The translations under genes were made by a program, and so were the position numbers. The notes below the pieces were generated by a model that was not told the DNA's origin, ran no database searches, and saw nothing but the letters and a program-made list of their open reading frames with translations. From NCBI GenBank assembly GCA_964418925.1, contig CAYQNY010000002.1, forward strand, positions 1 through 44,072: 44,072 nucleotides of DNA, written 5' to 3'. This document shows positions 16,828 through 25,696 of this stretch, piece by piece (positions within the stretch are counted from its first letter, which is position 1; the number at the start of each line of letters is the position of its first letter). The DNA comes from an uncultured Verrucomicrobiota bacterium (GTDB taxonomy: Bacteria; Verrucomicrobiota; Kiritimatiellia; JAAZAB01).

Positions 16828-17835
16828 ATGAATCTTACTATGAATCATGTTACCATACTGGGCGATGGGGGCTGGGGCACAGCCCTTGGGCTGAGCCTGA
16901 TCCGCCAGGGCTGTCAAGTCCGCATCTGGGGCCCTTTGCCCGATACGATTGATCGCATCCAGCGGGAGCATGAAAACGTTCTCTACCTGCCGGGCATCCG
17001 GCTTCCGGAAACTCTGCTCTGGACGGCGGATCGGGCCCAAGCCGTGGATCAAGCTGAGCTTATCATCTTGGCCATTCCCTCGAAATACTTCGGCGACGTG
17101 CTGAAGTCCTTCACCAACCTGATTCCGGCATCCTGCCCCGTTGTCAGCGTCAGCAAGGGGCTGGACACCACCACGCACCGACGGCTGACGGATGTGGCGG
17201 CCGAACTGCTGAATGTGCCGACGCTGGCCGTGCTTTCCGGGCCCAGTCATGCCGAGGAAGTAGCCCGGGGTGTGCCGACAGCCGTGGTGCTGGCCTGCAA
17301 GGATTCAGCCGCGGCTCAAGCGCTTCAGCAGGCTTTAATGACTCCTCGTTTCCGAATCTATACCTCGGATGATGTTGCCGGCGTGGAACTGGGCGGCGCG
17401 CTGAAGAATGTCATTGCCTTGGCAGTCGGCGCCAGCGACGGTCTTGGCTTCGGCGATAATACCCGCGCGGCGCTGATCACCCGGGGCCTGTCGGAAATCA
17501 CCCGTCTGGGATGCGCTCTGGGCGCGCGTACGGATACTTTCGCCGGTTTGAGCGGCATGGGCGATCTGATTGCCACCTGCACCAGCCGCTGGAGTCGCAA
17601 CCGGGCCGTCGGCGAGCGGTTGGGCCGCGGCGAGTCCATTGACAAGATCATCAACAGCATGCAGCAGGTGGCCGAAGGCATTACCACCTGCGGTATCGCC
17701 CGGACCCTGGCCCGGGAATACGGGATCAGCGTCCCCATTACCGAGGAAGTGTACGCGTTGATCCACGACGGCAAAAATCCGCAACAGGCAGTGCAAGCGC
17801 TCCTGGGCCGGAACGCCCGCCCGGAGAGGGATTGA
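16828..17835 (+). CDS. gpsA: NAD(P)H-dependent glycerol-3-phosphate dehydrogenase
   Basis: Rossmann motif 'ILGDGGWGTALG'. Also 'SKG', 'GGALKNVIALAVG' and 'GMGDLIATCTS'. Adjacent to plsY. Confidence 0.92.
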   Translation: MNLTMNHVTILGDGGWGTALGLSLIRQGCQVRIWGPLPDTIDRIQREHENVLYLPGIRLPETLLWTADRAQAVDQAELIILAIPSKYFGDVLKSFTNLIPASCPVVSVSKGLDTTTHRRLTDVAAELLNVPTLAVLSGPSHAEEVARGVPTAVVLACKDSAAAQALQQALMTPRFRIYTSDDVAGVELGGALKNVIALAVGASDGLGFGDNTRAALITRGLSEITRLGCALGARTDTFAGLSGMGDLIATCTSRWSRNRAVGERLGRGESIDKIINSMQQVAEGITTCGIARTLAREYGISVPITEEVYALIHDGKNPQQAVQALLGRNARPERD

Positions 17836-18013
17836 TCACCACCGCGCTGTCCAACTGTTGAAGTCCATGCCCTACCGTAATTTCCTGAGCGGCGAATGGA
17901 TTAGCTGGGAGCCTTATGCAACGCACCTGCCGTGGGAACTGGAAACAATGAAGGGATACGAAAGGGAGGAATAGTTTCCTGTTCGTTGTTTTTCGTTCTT
18001 GGTTGGTTGACCG

Positions 18014-18841
18014 TCATGGAATCGGCGGCCCGATCACGACGCGGAAACCGATAGATGCATTATCCCATTCGGGCGCGGCGGCGGCCCGATGGGCTATTCT
18101 CAGCGCACTTTCTCTCTCGTTGTTCCACGCGCCGCCGCGGATAACCCGCGTTTCTTTTTTTGTATCAAACCAGTCCCCGCACCATTCCCAGACATTGCCG
18201 CTGACGCCATAAAGTCCCCACGCGTTCACGCCACTGTTCGTAATCGGGCAGGAAACGATATAGCCGTCATTATGACCGCGAATGAACTGTTCCTTCTGGC
18301 ACAGTGAGTAAAGCAGTCCGGACCCCTCAACGCCGCGATAGTTGCAGGTATCCGGCGGAGGCCACTGATTGCCCCAGGGATACGTGCGCTGATCGCCACA
18401 ACGCGCCAGGGTTGTCCATTCCCTTTCAGTGGGTAATCGAAAGACAACATCCGTCGGAATCTGGGAGCCGTAGCGCCGGTTTAACCAGCCGCAATAATTA
18501 TTGGCCTCCTCCCAGGACACATTGACAACCGGCTGAACATCCTCGTCAAAATCGCGCTCAATCACATTGGTGCTGTCATGACTGGTATCATAACGCCGGA
18601 ACTGTCCATTGCTCACCTCGTACTTGCCCACCAACATTTTCATAGGCGCAACCCAGACAAAGTCCAGGCTCTCGTCACGGCCCAGATCAATCGTGAAAGG
18701 GCGGCCCGGCTGAGCCGGTTCCTGGACCACCGGCGCCCGCGGATTCCGATCCGGATCGCGATCTTTACGCTCTTCAGCGATCAGCCCCTGGATGGCGACG
18801 CCGAGAACCAGCACCGCGATCAGCTGATGGTATAAACGCAT
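18014..18841 (-). CDS. formylglycine-generating-enzyme family protein (SUMF1/EgtB/PvdO-type domain), exported
   Basis: N-terminal signal/anchor. Motifs: 'PVVNVSWEEANNYCGWL', 'RLPTEREW', 'YPWGN', 'NAWGLYGVSGNVWEWCGDWF', 'RVIRGGAW'. Confidence 0.8.
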   Translation of the reverse strand: MRLYHQLIAVLVLGVAIQGLIAEERKDRDPDRNPRAPVVQEPAQPGRPFTIDLGRDESLDFVWVAPMKMLVGKYEVSNGQFRRYDTSHDSTNVIERDFDEDVQPVVNVSWEEANNYCGWLNRRYGSQIPTDVVFRLPTEREWTTLARCGDQRTYPWGNQWPPPDTCNYRGVEGSGLLYSLCQKEQFIRGHNDGYIVSCPITNSGVNAWGLYGVSGNVWEWCGDWFDTKKETRVIRGGAWNNERESALRIAHRAAAAPEWDNASIGFRVVIGPPIP

Positions 18842-19024
18842 GACCTTCTGCTCCTGTCCTTTATCTCATTGTACCCCAGTAAGGATACCCATGGATCGGG
18901 GCATGTTCAAGACAAAACCATCAACTTAACAAAAAGAGATAGGAAAATGTGGATAATGATGGTAAAAAAGCGGCCATCGACACTAGGCAGACAAGTGGTG
19001 AAACTGACCGACACACATTGGATT

Positions 19025-19074
19025 GCCACGTCGCCAGGCAAGTGGCCACTTGGCGCCAAAGGCGCCGACGTGGC
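19025..19074. repeat. 50-nt three-way-junction palindromic element upstream of tRNA-Leu
   Basis: Closing stem 'gccacgtcg' (19025..19033) pairs with 'cgacgtggc' (19066..19074). It encloses the palindromes 'caagtggccacttg' and 'gcgcc-aaa-ggcgc'. Confidence 0.4.
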
Positions 19075-19092
19075 GGCCAGGGGCCGCGCGAC

Positions 19093-19174
19093 GCTCCCGT
19101 GGCGGAATTGGCAGACGCGCATGGCTTAGGACCATGTCTCTCACGAGGTGAAGGTTCGAGTCCTTTCGGGAGCA
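19093..19174 (+). tRNA. tRNA-Leu (anticodon UAG)
   Basis: 82 nt. Acceptor GCTCCCG pairs with CGGGAGC. D-arm 'GGCGGAATTGGCAGACGCG', as in bacterial tRNA-Leu. Anticodon stem CATGG/CCATG with loop CTTAGGA. Long variable arm. T-arm GAAGG-TTCGAGT-CCTTT. Discriminator A. The CCA end is not fully encoded (CCT follows). Confidence 0.9.
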
Positions 19175-19180
19175 CCTTTG

Positions 19181-19223
19181 GTAAGCTGACGACTCCGATG
19201 AGCAATCGGGGTTGTCAGCTTAC
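19181..19223. terminator. perfect 10-bp-stem hairpin between tRNA-Leu and the convergent NDK-like gene
   Basis: 'gtaagctgac' pairs with 'gtcagcttac', with a nested ccgat/atcgg stem. It overlaps the stop codon of the minus-strand gene. No clear U-tract. Confidence 0.35.
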
Positions 19224-20392
19224 TACCCGTAATACTTGCGGATCCAGGGACTAACCAGGTCTTCTTCGACCTTGATGATGGCAATTTCGCGCTCGGCGCT
19301 CTCAACGGAATCGGAGGCATGGGCCGCGTTAACCATGATGTCACTGCCAAATTCACGCCGGACGGAGCCAAGTTGCGCCTTCTTGGGATCGGTGGATCCA
19401 AGCAGTTTACGGATCTTTTCAATGGCATTCACGCCGCCATAAATCATGGTCAGGCATTTATGACAGCCATCCCTGGTTCTATCCTCTTGCGCACAATTGG
19501 GGGGATAAAAACCGGTCATGAATTGGATAATCTGGTTAAACTGCTCGTTGCCCAGCAAAGGTCCCAGGTGTTCCGTGAGCAGGTTCTTGACATCCCCTGA
19601 AATTTTCATATTGAATTCCGTCTCCAGCGCCTTGACGGCCCGTTCACCGACCTGGTTTTTTACTTTTTCACAAAGCACCTGACGAACCGGCTGGTAAAAC
19701 TCTTCCGCCTGCACCACACTCATGCAGTGAACTTTAGCCGCTATAATACGCAGTCCGGAACGCGACAGCAGATCAATAATGTTGCCCGGCCGGGCTGTCG
19801 GAAACCGGAAATTATCCGGCTTGATGATAACAAGGGTCCGCTGCCAGCCCGGCTCCGTCATACAAATATCCACGGTGTTCTGAAGCAAGCCGCCATCCGC
19901 CAGCGAATAGCGGCCCCACAGTTTGAGTGTCGCCGCGGTCTCTTCCTTGTCGGTGCCGATCAGCACCGCCGGCTCAAAGTACTGAACATGGCCGTGCTTA
20001 TCCATAACGTAATCCCCGAACGTGTCGCGAATGGTTTCACCGCCACCCATGACCACCGCGCCGGCCACCTCGCGCACTTTCTCAATGGCATTTTCACCTT
20101 CCAGGAGCATCATGAAGACCCGCCGCGGCCGCCCGGTAGCCGGGTCAGGCGCATACGCCTTCATCACGTAATCCACCACGACCTGGCGCTCTTTCAATTC
20201 ATGGGCGCCGCCCTTCCGGATCAACTGCGCATATTCCTCCACCAGCTTGCGGCTGGGGGCAAACATTCGCGTCGCCACCAGGTCCAACCCAGTGCGGCTC
20301 ATGAAACGGCCGATTACACCGCCAGTTCTGGACTTGGCAATCGTGTACGGATTGATTAAAACAAAGGCCAGTTCGTTGGTTGTGTCAGTCAT
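19223..20392 (-). CDS. two-domain nucleoside-diphosphate-kinase-like protein (degenerate N-terminal NDK fold plus catalytic C-terminal NDK with insertion)
   Basis: The C-terminal half has 'RTLVIIKPDNF', 'GSTDPKKAQLGSVRREFG' and 'NAAHASDSVESAEREI' (NDK active-site His context). The N-terminal half has 'LAFVLINPYTIAKSRTGGVIGRF' and 'LEGENAIEKVREVAG' but no His motif. 389 aa, against ~140-150 aa for canonical Ndk. Confidence 0.7.
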   Translation of the reverse strand: MTDTTNELAFVLINPYTIAKSRTGGVIGRFMSRTGLDLVATRMFAPSRKLVEEYAQLIRKGGAHELKERQVVVDYVMKAYAPDPATGRPRRVFMMLLEGENAIEKVREVAGAVVMGGGETIRDTFGDYVMDKHGHVQYFEPAVLIGTDKEETAATLKLWGRYSLADGGLLQNTVDICMTEPGWQRTLVIIKPDNFRFPTARPGNIIDLLSRSGLRIIAAKVHCMSVVQAEEFYQPVRQVLCEKVKNQVGERAVKALETEFNMKISGDVKNLLTEHLGPLLGNEQFNQIIQFMTGFYPPNCAQEDRTRDGCHKCLTMIYGGVNAIEKIRKLLGSTDPKKAQLGSVRREFGSDIMVNAAHASDSVESAEREIAIIKVEEDLVSPWIRKYYG

Positions 20393-20565
20393 AAATCATT
20401 TAACCTGCTGAATTCATTACCATTAAGGCATAAAGAATAGTAGCAGTTGTTCGCTTACCTTGGTAGTTTAATGCTAAGGAATTTTAAAACATTGCAGTTC
20501 TCGATGCCATAAGCGGCATCTCGAACCGCCGCTACACTATCCAATCCCATGACATTGGTTGTGTA

Positions 20566-20646
20566 GGGGCCGTTCGACTTGTCCCGCCAAAGGCGGGATA
20601 GAACGGCAGTTGCCCCGATCAGGGTCGGGGCCTAATTTAATGCCCC
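20566..20646. repeat. structured palindromic (REP-like) element
   Basis: The outer stem pairs ggggc with gcccc. It encloses [gccgttc..(tcccgcc-aaa-ggcggga)..gaacggc] and [gccccga-tcaggg-tcggggc]. The CCCGCC-N3-5-GGCGGG hairpin type also occurs at 7620..7638 and 9013..9027. Confidence 0.45.
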
Positions 20647-20720
20647 AAAGGACTGTATTATACCTTTTAACAAAGGATATTAAGAATGACCGTTTTTAAG
20701 CAAGCAAATTGTGAGGAAAA

Positions 20721-22016
20721 ATGCCGGCGCCCATACCCATGCATGCTGTCCGCAAGCAGGCCGAGATAGGCCCTGACCTGATTCGCGCCATGGAAATATC
20801 CGTGGCCCAAGGACATCCCCTGGATCAGCAATTGGCCCGTTATTATCGGCAACACAGAGAATTCGGCTCGCGGGATCGGCGTTTCTTCTCAGCCCTGGCC
20901 TTTGCCTGGTTCCGCTGGCGGGGCTGGCTGCCGACGATGCCGTCACAGCCGGACGCGTTGAATTATGTGTTAGCCTGGCTCCTTGACGCGCCGGAAAGGC
21001 ATCCGGCTATTGAATGGCTGGCAAGTCAATTACCGCCATTCCTCATTTCCCCTCATCCCCTTGGTAACATGCCGGTAAAGGAAAAGGCCCGGATAATGGG
21101 TCAATGGCTTCAACGGCCGCCGCCGGAACTGGATGCCCTGGTCCCGGCCTGGTTCGCCGACGCTTTGTTCTATCCATCCGGCGCGGATAGGACTGCGCAT
21201 CAACATTGCTGTCTGCAAGCGCTCCAGGTCCGTCCACCGACCTGGCTGAGAATCAGGACCGGACATGAACGCGCTATGCTGGAATTCCTGCAACACCAAA
21301 ACATGCCCGCGACACCTCACCCCCGTCGGCTCCAGGCAGTCAGTTTGCCTGGGGGCCATAACCTTGAAAACCTGAAAACAATGGCGGATGTCGAAATTCA
21401 GGATTTGGCCTCGCAAGGCGTCGGATTGGTCTGCGCGCCCGGCGCCGGGGAATCCTGGTGGGATGCCTGTGCCGGGTCCGGCGGTAAAAGTTTTCACCTG
21501 GCCGATCTTATGCAGGCAACGGGATCCATCATGGCAACCGATACCCGGCCCGGCATCCTCAAGGAATGCCGGCGCCGGCTGATTCGGACTCGCCTGCATA
21601 CCATTACACTCCGAAACTGGAACGGGACTGCCGCCACTGCGCCGGATCGCCTCTTCAATGGCGTCCTCGTGGACGCTCCCTGCTCCGGCCTCGGCACCTG
21701 GCATCGGAACCCCGACGCCCGCTGGCGTATTGCTCCGGATGCCGTCCCCCGCTATACCGCGCTGCAATCCGAGCTCCTGAAAATATGCGCGGATCGAGTT
21801 CATTCCGGCGGACGGCTGGTCTATGCCGTCTGTACGCTGACCGGCGCCGAAACTGTCGGGGTCATCGAAAGCTTCCTGGCCGGGCGCCGGGACTTCAGCC
21901 TGGAATCGACGCCCCATCCGCTCACGGGAGAAGCCACGGTCGGCCTGATATGGATCTGGCCTTGGGAGGGCAACTGCAATGGCATGTTCATCGCCCGGAT
22001 GAAGAAAAACGGCTAA
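20721..22016 (+). CDS. rsmB: rRNA (cytosine-C5)-methyltransferase, RsmB/Sun family
   Basis: NusB-like N-terminal region. SAM-binding 'DACAGSGGKS'. Catalytic 'VLVDAPCSGLGTWHRNPD' and 'LVYAVCTL' (the two conserved Cys motifs). Confidence 0.78.
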   Translation: MPAPIPMHAVRKQAEIGPDLIRAMEISVAQGHPLDQQLARYYRQHREFGSRDRRFFSALAFAWFRWRGWLPTMPSQPDALNYVLAWLLDAPERHPAIEWLASQLPPFLISPHPLGNMPVKEKARIMGQWLQRPPPELDALVPAWFADALFYPSGADRTAHQHCCLQALQVRPPTWLRIRTGHERAMLEFLQHQNMPATPHPRRLQAVSLPGGHNLENLKTMADVEIQDLASQGVGLVCAPGAGESWWDACAGSGGKSFHLADLMQATGSIMATDTRPGILKECRRRLIRTRLHTITLRNWNGTAATAPDRLFNGVLVDAPCSGLGTWHRNPDARWRIAPDAVPRYTALQSELLKICADRVHSGGRLVYAVCTLTGAETVGVIESFLAGRRDFSLESTPHPLTGEATVGLIWIWPWEGNCNGMFIARMKKNG

Positions 22017-22106
22017 TATTGAAAATTAACTGAGAGAAAGTAGCGAGGCCGGGGTCAAATCGCCCTTATCCGTTGTGAGATTAAAAAAGCGGCGTGAAGC
22101 CAAAAC

Positions 22107-23246
22107 TCAATAATTTTTCATCCGTTGCCGGGTCCAGCGAACGACATCGTCCTGCATCCGTTTCGAGGCCTCGTCGCTTTCCGTATTGATGATCATGGCT
22201 AGGCCTCGCGGGTCCAGGTGGTTGATGAAATATTCCACCTCATTTGCTTCCACACAGCTTATGAAGAGTTTTTTCCCCGCCCGCTGGATTTTCTGCATCA
22301 TTGCGCATTGACCGGTAAATGGCCCGGAATTGGGATCGTGGCCTAACTGGATAAAGTCCAGATTCTCCAAGGTCAAGAGGGCGTCGAGGTGAAATGCGGC
22401 TCCATCGTGCCAGTGCAGGACCGGCCGTTGTGTCTGCCGACATAACAACCGCTGGGCGGGCAGAAACACCTCCGCATAGCGCCGAGGGTCAATAATAATG
22501 GACATATCGTCAGACGTGTCAACCAGTGGGCCGTCGTTCCAGATGGGAAACCAATTGGCCATGCCGTCGTTGTAGCGGCCCACGAGGGCAAAGACTTCCG
22601 GGAAGATTTGCAAATACTCTTCCGTCAGCCGGATCGCCAAGTCCCGCATCTTATCCGGCTGATCCACCGTGGCCATGATGAAATTCTCTGTGCCCATGCA
22701 GGTGGAAATCCAGTCACACGGCCCACCACCGGCGTTGGAGAGTGATAGTATCTCGACGCCCCGGCATTTTTCGGCCAAGTAGGCCAGGGTTTCCCGGTGA
22801 ATTTTCCAGTAGGGATTCGTGTCCGGGTCGAAGTGTATCTTCTCGGCCTCGTCCAGGCTCGAAATGATCGGATCGAACCAGACGCTATCTTCGCCGAAGT
22901 GCGGTTTGGCCCCACAAAACAAAGTAAAAAGCCCTGCACCGTAGTTGGCGAACGTGTATTGAAATAAATCGGCATGCCAATTCCAGTGTCCCTTGGTCAG
23001 CCAGGTGACGTACTCGTAATATTTTTCCGGATTCAGATATTTTTCCGGCGTGGCCTCGAGCATCCAGGGCTGCGGCGCAACGGGATGGGGTTTTGGATTT
23101 TGAATCTGCACGATTGGTGAATCATCTATCACCTGCCGGTTCCAGAAGGCAAGGTAACGGTTCCGCAATTTCGGCCAATCGGGAATTTTATCGTAGGTAA
23201 AGGCAGTCGTCATGGTTGATTGTTGCCAGGTTACCGGGCCATGCAT
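22107..23246 (-). CDS. conserved-looking cytoplasmic hypothetical protein, probably co-transcribed with the upstream GH2 gene
   Basis: 379-aa ORF with balanced composition and no signal peptide. I cannot assign a family; a TIM-barrel/URO-D-like fold is only a guess. The start is either 23246 (overlapping the GH2 stop) or ATG at 23213. Confidence 0.5.
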   Translation of the reverse strand: MHGPVTWQQSTMTTAFTYDKIPDWPKLRNRYLAFWNRQVIDDSPIVQIQNPKPHPVAPQPWMLEATPEKYLNPEKYYEYVTWLTKGHWNWHADLFQYTFANYGAGLFTLFCGAKPHFGEDSVWFDPIISSLDEAEKIHFDPDTNPYWKIHRETLAYLAEKCRGVEILSLSNAGGGPCDWISTCMGTENFIMATVDQPDKMRDLAIRLTEEYLQIFPEVFALVGRYNDGMANWFPIWNDGPLVDTSDDMSIIIDPRRYAEVFLPAQRLLCRQTQRPVLHWHDGAAFHLDALLTLENLDFIQLGHDPNSGPFTGQCAMMQKIQRAGKKLFISCVEANEVEYFINHLDPRGLAMIINTESDEASKRMQDDVVRWTRQRMKNY

Positions 23247-25564
23247 TGAATATGGGCTGTAGCGGGCGCTAAACCCGGTGATTCCACCCCGACCTCGATT
23301 GCGCCGGGTTGCGGAAGGCTCTGGACAATAGCCAAGCCATAGCCATTGAACACCTTGATACAGGCGCCTTTTTCAGATTCATGACTGCCGGGATTACCCG
23401 CAGACAGACCGATCAAGCGCCCGGCGCCTTTAACGCTGACCGTAATCGCGTGATCCGCCAGCGGTGCCACAGTGCCGTCGGCATCGTGAATGCTGACGGT
23501 AATAAAAGACACATCCTCACCATCGGCCGTGAGCTGGGAACGGTCCGGGGCCAGCCGTATACTCGTGGCAGCGCCGGCGGTTTTAATCTCCTGCCAGCAC
23601 ACCAGCCGGCCGGCGACCCGGCCTTCAGCCCGCACTAATCCCGGCCCATACGGCACCTGCCAGTACAAATGAGGCCAGGCGGCACGATACTGAAGAAAAT
23701 GCGGAATCCCTTGCTGCGGCTTGCCGTTCAAAAACAAGTCAACGGTATCGCAGTTGCTGTAACACCAAATATCTATCGGCTGACCCTCCTTGCCCGGCCA
23801 GGTCCAATGCGGAAAGAGATGCAACATCGGTTTAGCGGTCCATTCCTTTTGATAGAAATAATAAACATCTTTGGGAAACCGACAAATATCGAGCGCGCCA
23901 AACTGGCTGGTCACTATCGGCCAGCCGCTGGTCTCGCCGCGATATTCGATCGCCGACCACATAATGCCGCCCGCCAGCCAGGGCCGGCCGGCAATATGCC
24001 GCCAGTCTTTTTCATGCCCCAGGCAAAGGTCATAGCTGCTGCATAAATGGCCGCCCCGCTTCATCACCCGTCCGTCGCCGAAAGTCTCGAGCTCGTCAGT
24101 GACGACTTGGCTTTCCTGATAGACGCCGCGGGCGCCACGGCCGGATGAAAACTCGCTGATCAGTATTTTGCGGTTGGGAAACATCAAATGATCGCGGTCA
24201 TCAATACCTATGCCGCCGCCATTATAGCCCACCACGTCGGTTATCAGCGCAAACCCGTTGCCATTAGCGTCGGCATTACCTTCCAGGGCCACGGCGGTCG
24301 GCCGGCTGGGATCCAGCGCTTTGGTATCGGCATGCAGTTGCTTGAGGTATTGCGTCAATTGTCCATCCGGACTGCCGGCGGTGTTGGCCAGCGACCAGAG
24401 AATAATACAGGGGTGATTCCGGTCGCGGCGAATCAGCGCTTTGAGATTTTCCCGTGCGCCGGTCTGCACATCAAGGTAACGGGTCTCGGCCCAGAACAAC
24501 ATGCCCAACCGGTCGCACGCGTCCATGAGCGCGGGCGCGGCGGCATTATGGCTGGACCGGATGATATTACTGCCCATCGCTTTCAACACTTCCACGTTTT
24601 TTTCATGGGCCCGATCCGGCAGCGCCACTCCCAGGCCGCCGTAATCATGATGCAGGCACCCGCCGCGCAATTGCAGGGGTTTGCCGTTGAGGAGGAACCC
24701 CTGGTCGGAGGTGAACTCAAACCAGCGCGCGCCAAAGCGCGTTTCCCGGGAATCGCAGGCGCCGTCGGGCGTTGTCACCTCGGTGCGCAGGCGATACAGA
24801 TGAGGATCATCCGGCGACCACAAATGCGGCTGTATCAATTCGATTTCCTGGATATAGTCCTGCTGCTGGTTGGCATCAAGTCGTCCCCCGGTTTCCATCT
24901 CAACCAGGCGATTGCCGGCCTGATCATAAATACTGTTGCGGACCAGGAATTCTTGCCGGCCCGGGTGACTGTTCACAACCGCGACCCGGGTCTGAACCGT
25001 GGCTGAAGAGTAATTGACCTGCGGGGTGGTAATGGCAATGCCCCATGGCATAATGTGCAATGGCGGCGCAGCCATCAGCCAGACGTGACGATAAATGCCG
25101 GCGCCTTCGTACCACCAGCCTTCCGTTTCCCGGGCGTCAACGCGAACAGCCAGGCAGTTGGGCTGGACGCTGAAATCGAGGTGTGGTGTCAGATCATAAA
25201 CCACCCCGGTATAGCCGCTCGCATGCCGGCCGACTTGCCGGCCGTTAAGCCAAACCGTACTGTTGCGGAAAACGCCTTCAAATTCCAGATAAACGCGCTG
25301 GCCGGCATAGTCCGCTCCGCAAGTCAGTTCTTTCCGATACCAACCGACACCTCTAGGAAGATAACCGTCGGCCCGTCCCTCAAGATGATTGGCCACGTAC
25401 ACCCCTTGACGATAATGGTCAGGACTAAATGGACCTTCAATACTCCAGTCATGAGGCAGGTTCACCAGACGCCAGCCGCTGGCGTCAAATTCCCGCGCTT
25501 CGGCAGCGGTAACGTCGCCTAGTTGAAAGCGCCAATCGACATCGATCTTACGGCGCATGTTCAT
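23231..25564 (-). CDS. glycoside hydrolase family 2 protein (beta-galactosidase/beta-glucuronidase-like)
   Basis: GH2 layout: sugar-binding N-terminus 'WRFQLGD..W..VNLPHDW', 'FEGVFRNSTVWLNG', TIM-barrel 'RSSHN', 'DRNHPCIILWSLANT', and nucleophile region 'ILISEFSSG'. No signal peptide. Confidence 0.85.
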   Translation of the reverse strand: MNMRRKIDVDWRFQLGDVTAAEAREFDASGWRLVNLPHDWSIEGPFSPDHYRQGVYVANHLEGRADGYLPRGVGWYRKELTCGADYAGQRVYLEFEGVFRNSTVWLNGRQVGRHASGYTGVVYDLTPHLDFSVQPNCLAVRVDARETEGWWYEGAGIYRHVWLMAAPPLHIMPWGIAITTPQVNYSSATVQTRVAVVNSHPGRQEFLVRNSIYDQAGNRLVEMETGGRLDANQQQDYIQEIELIQPHLWSPDDPHLYRLRTEVTTPDGACDSRETRFGARWFEFTSDQGFLLNGKPLQLRGGCLHHDYGGLGVALPDRAHEKNVEVLKAMGSNIIRSSHNAAAPALMDACDRLGMLFWAETRYLDVQTGARENLKALIRRDRNHPCIILWSLANTAGSPDGQLTQYLKQLHADTKALDPSRPTAVALEGNADANGNGFALITDVVGYNGGGIGIDDRDHLMFPNRKILISEFSSGRGARGVYQESQVVTDELETFGDGRVMKRGGHLCSSYDLCLGHEKDWRHIAGRPWLAGGIMWSAIEYRGETSGWPIVTSQFGALDICRFPKDVYYFYQKEWTAKPMLHLFPHWTWPGKEGQPIDIWCYSNCDTVDLFLNGKPQQGIPHFLQYRAAWPHLYWQVPYGPGLVRAEGRVAGRLVCWQEIKTAGAATSIRLAPDRSQLTADGEDVSFITVSIHDADGTVAPLADHAITVSVKGAGRLIGLSAGNPGSHESEKGACIKVFNGYGLAIVQSLPQPGAIEVGVESPGLAPATAHIQCMAR

Positions 25565-25696
25565 GGATTCCTCCTGGGATTTTTATTTTATGATGGAAAA
25601 ATGTCCCGTATAACGAAAATCAGTTAACGCGGCAGTGTCATCTTGTCTGTTATAGTGGTGATATTGTGTCTGTTCATCAAAACTTTGGTGGCCGCG

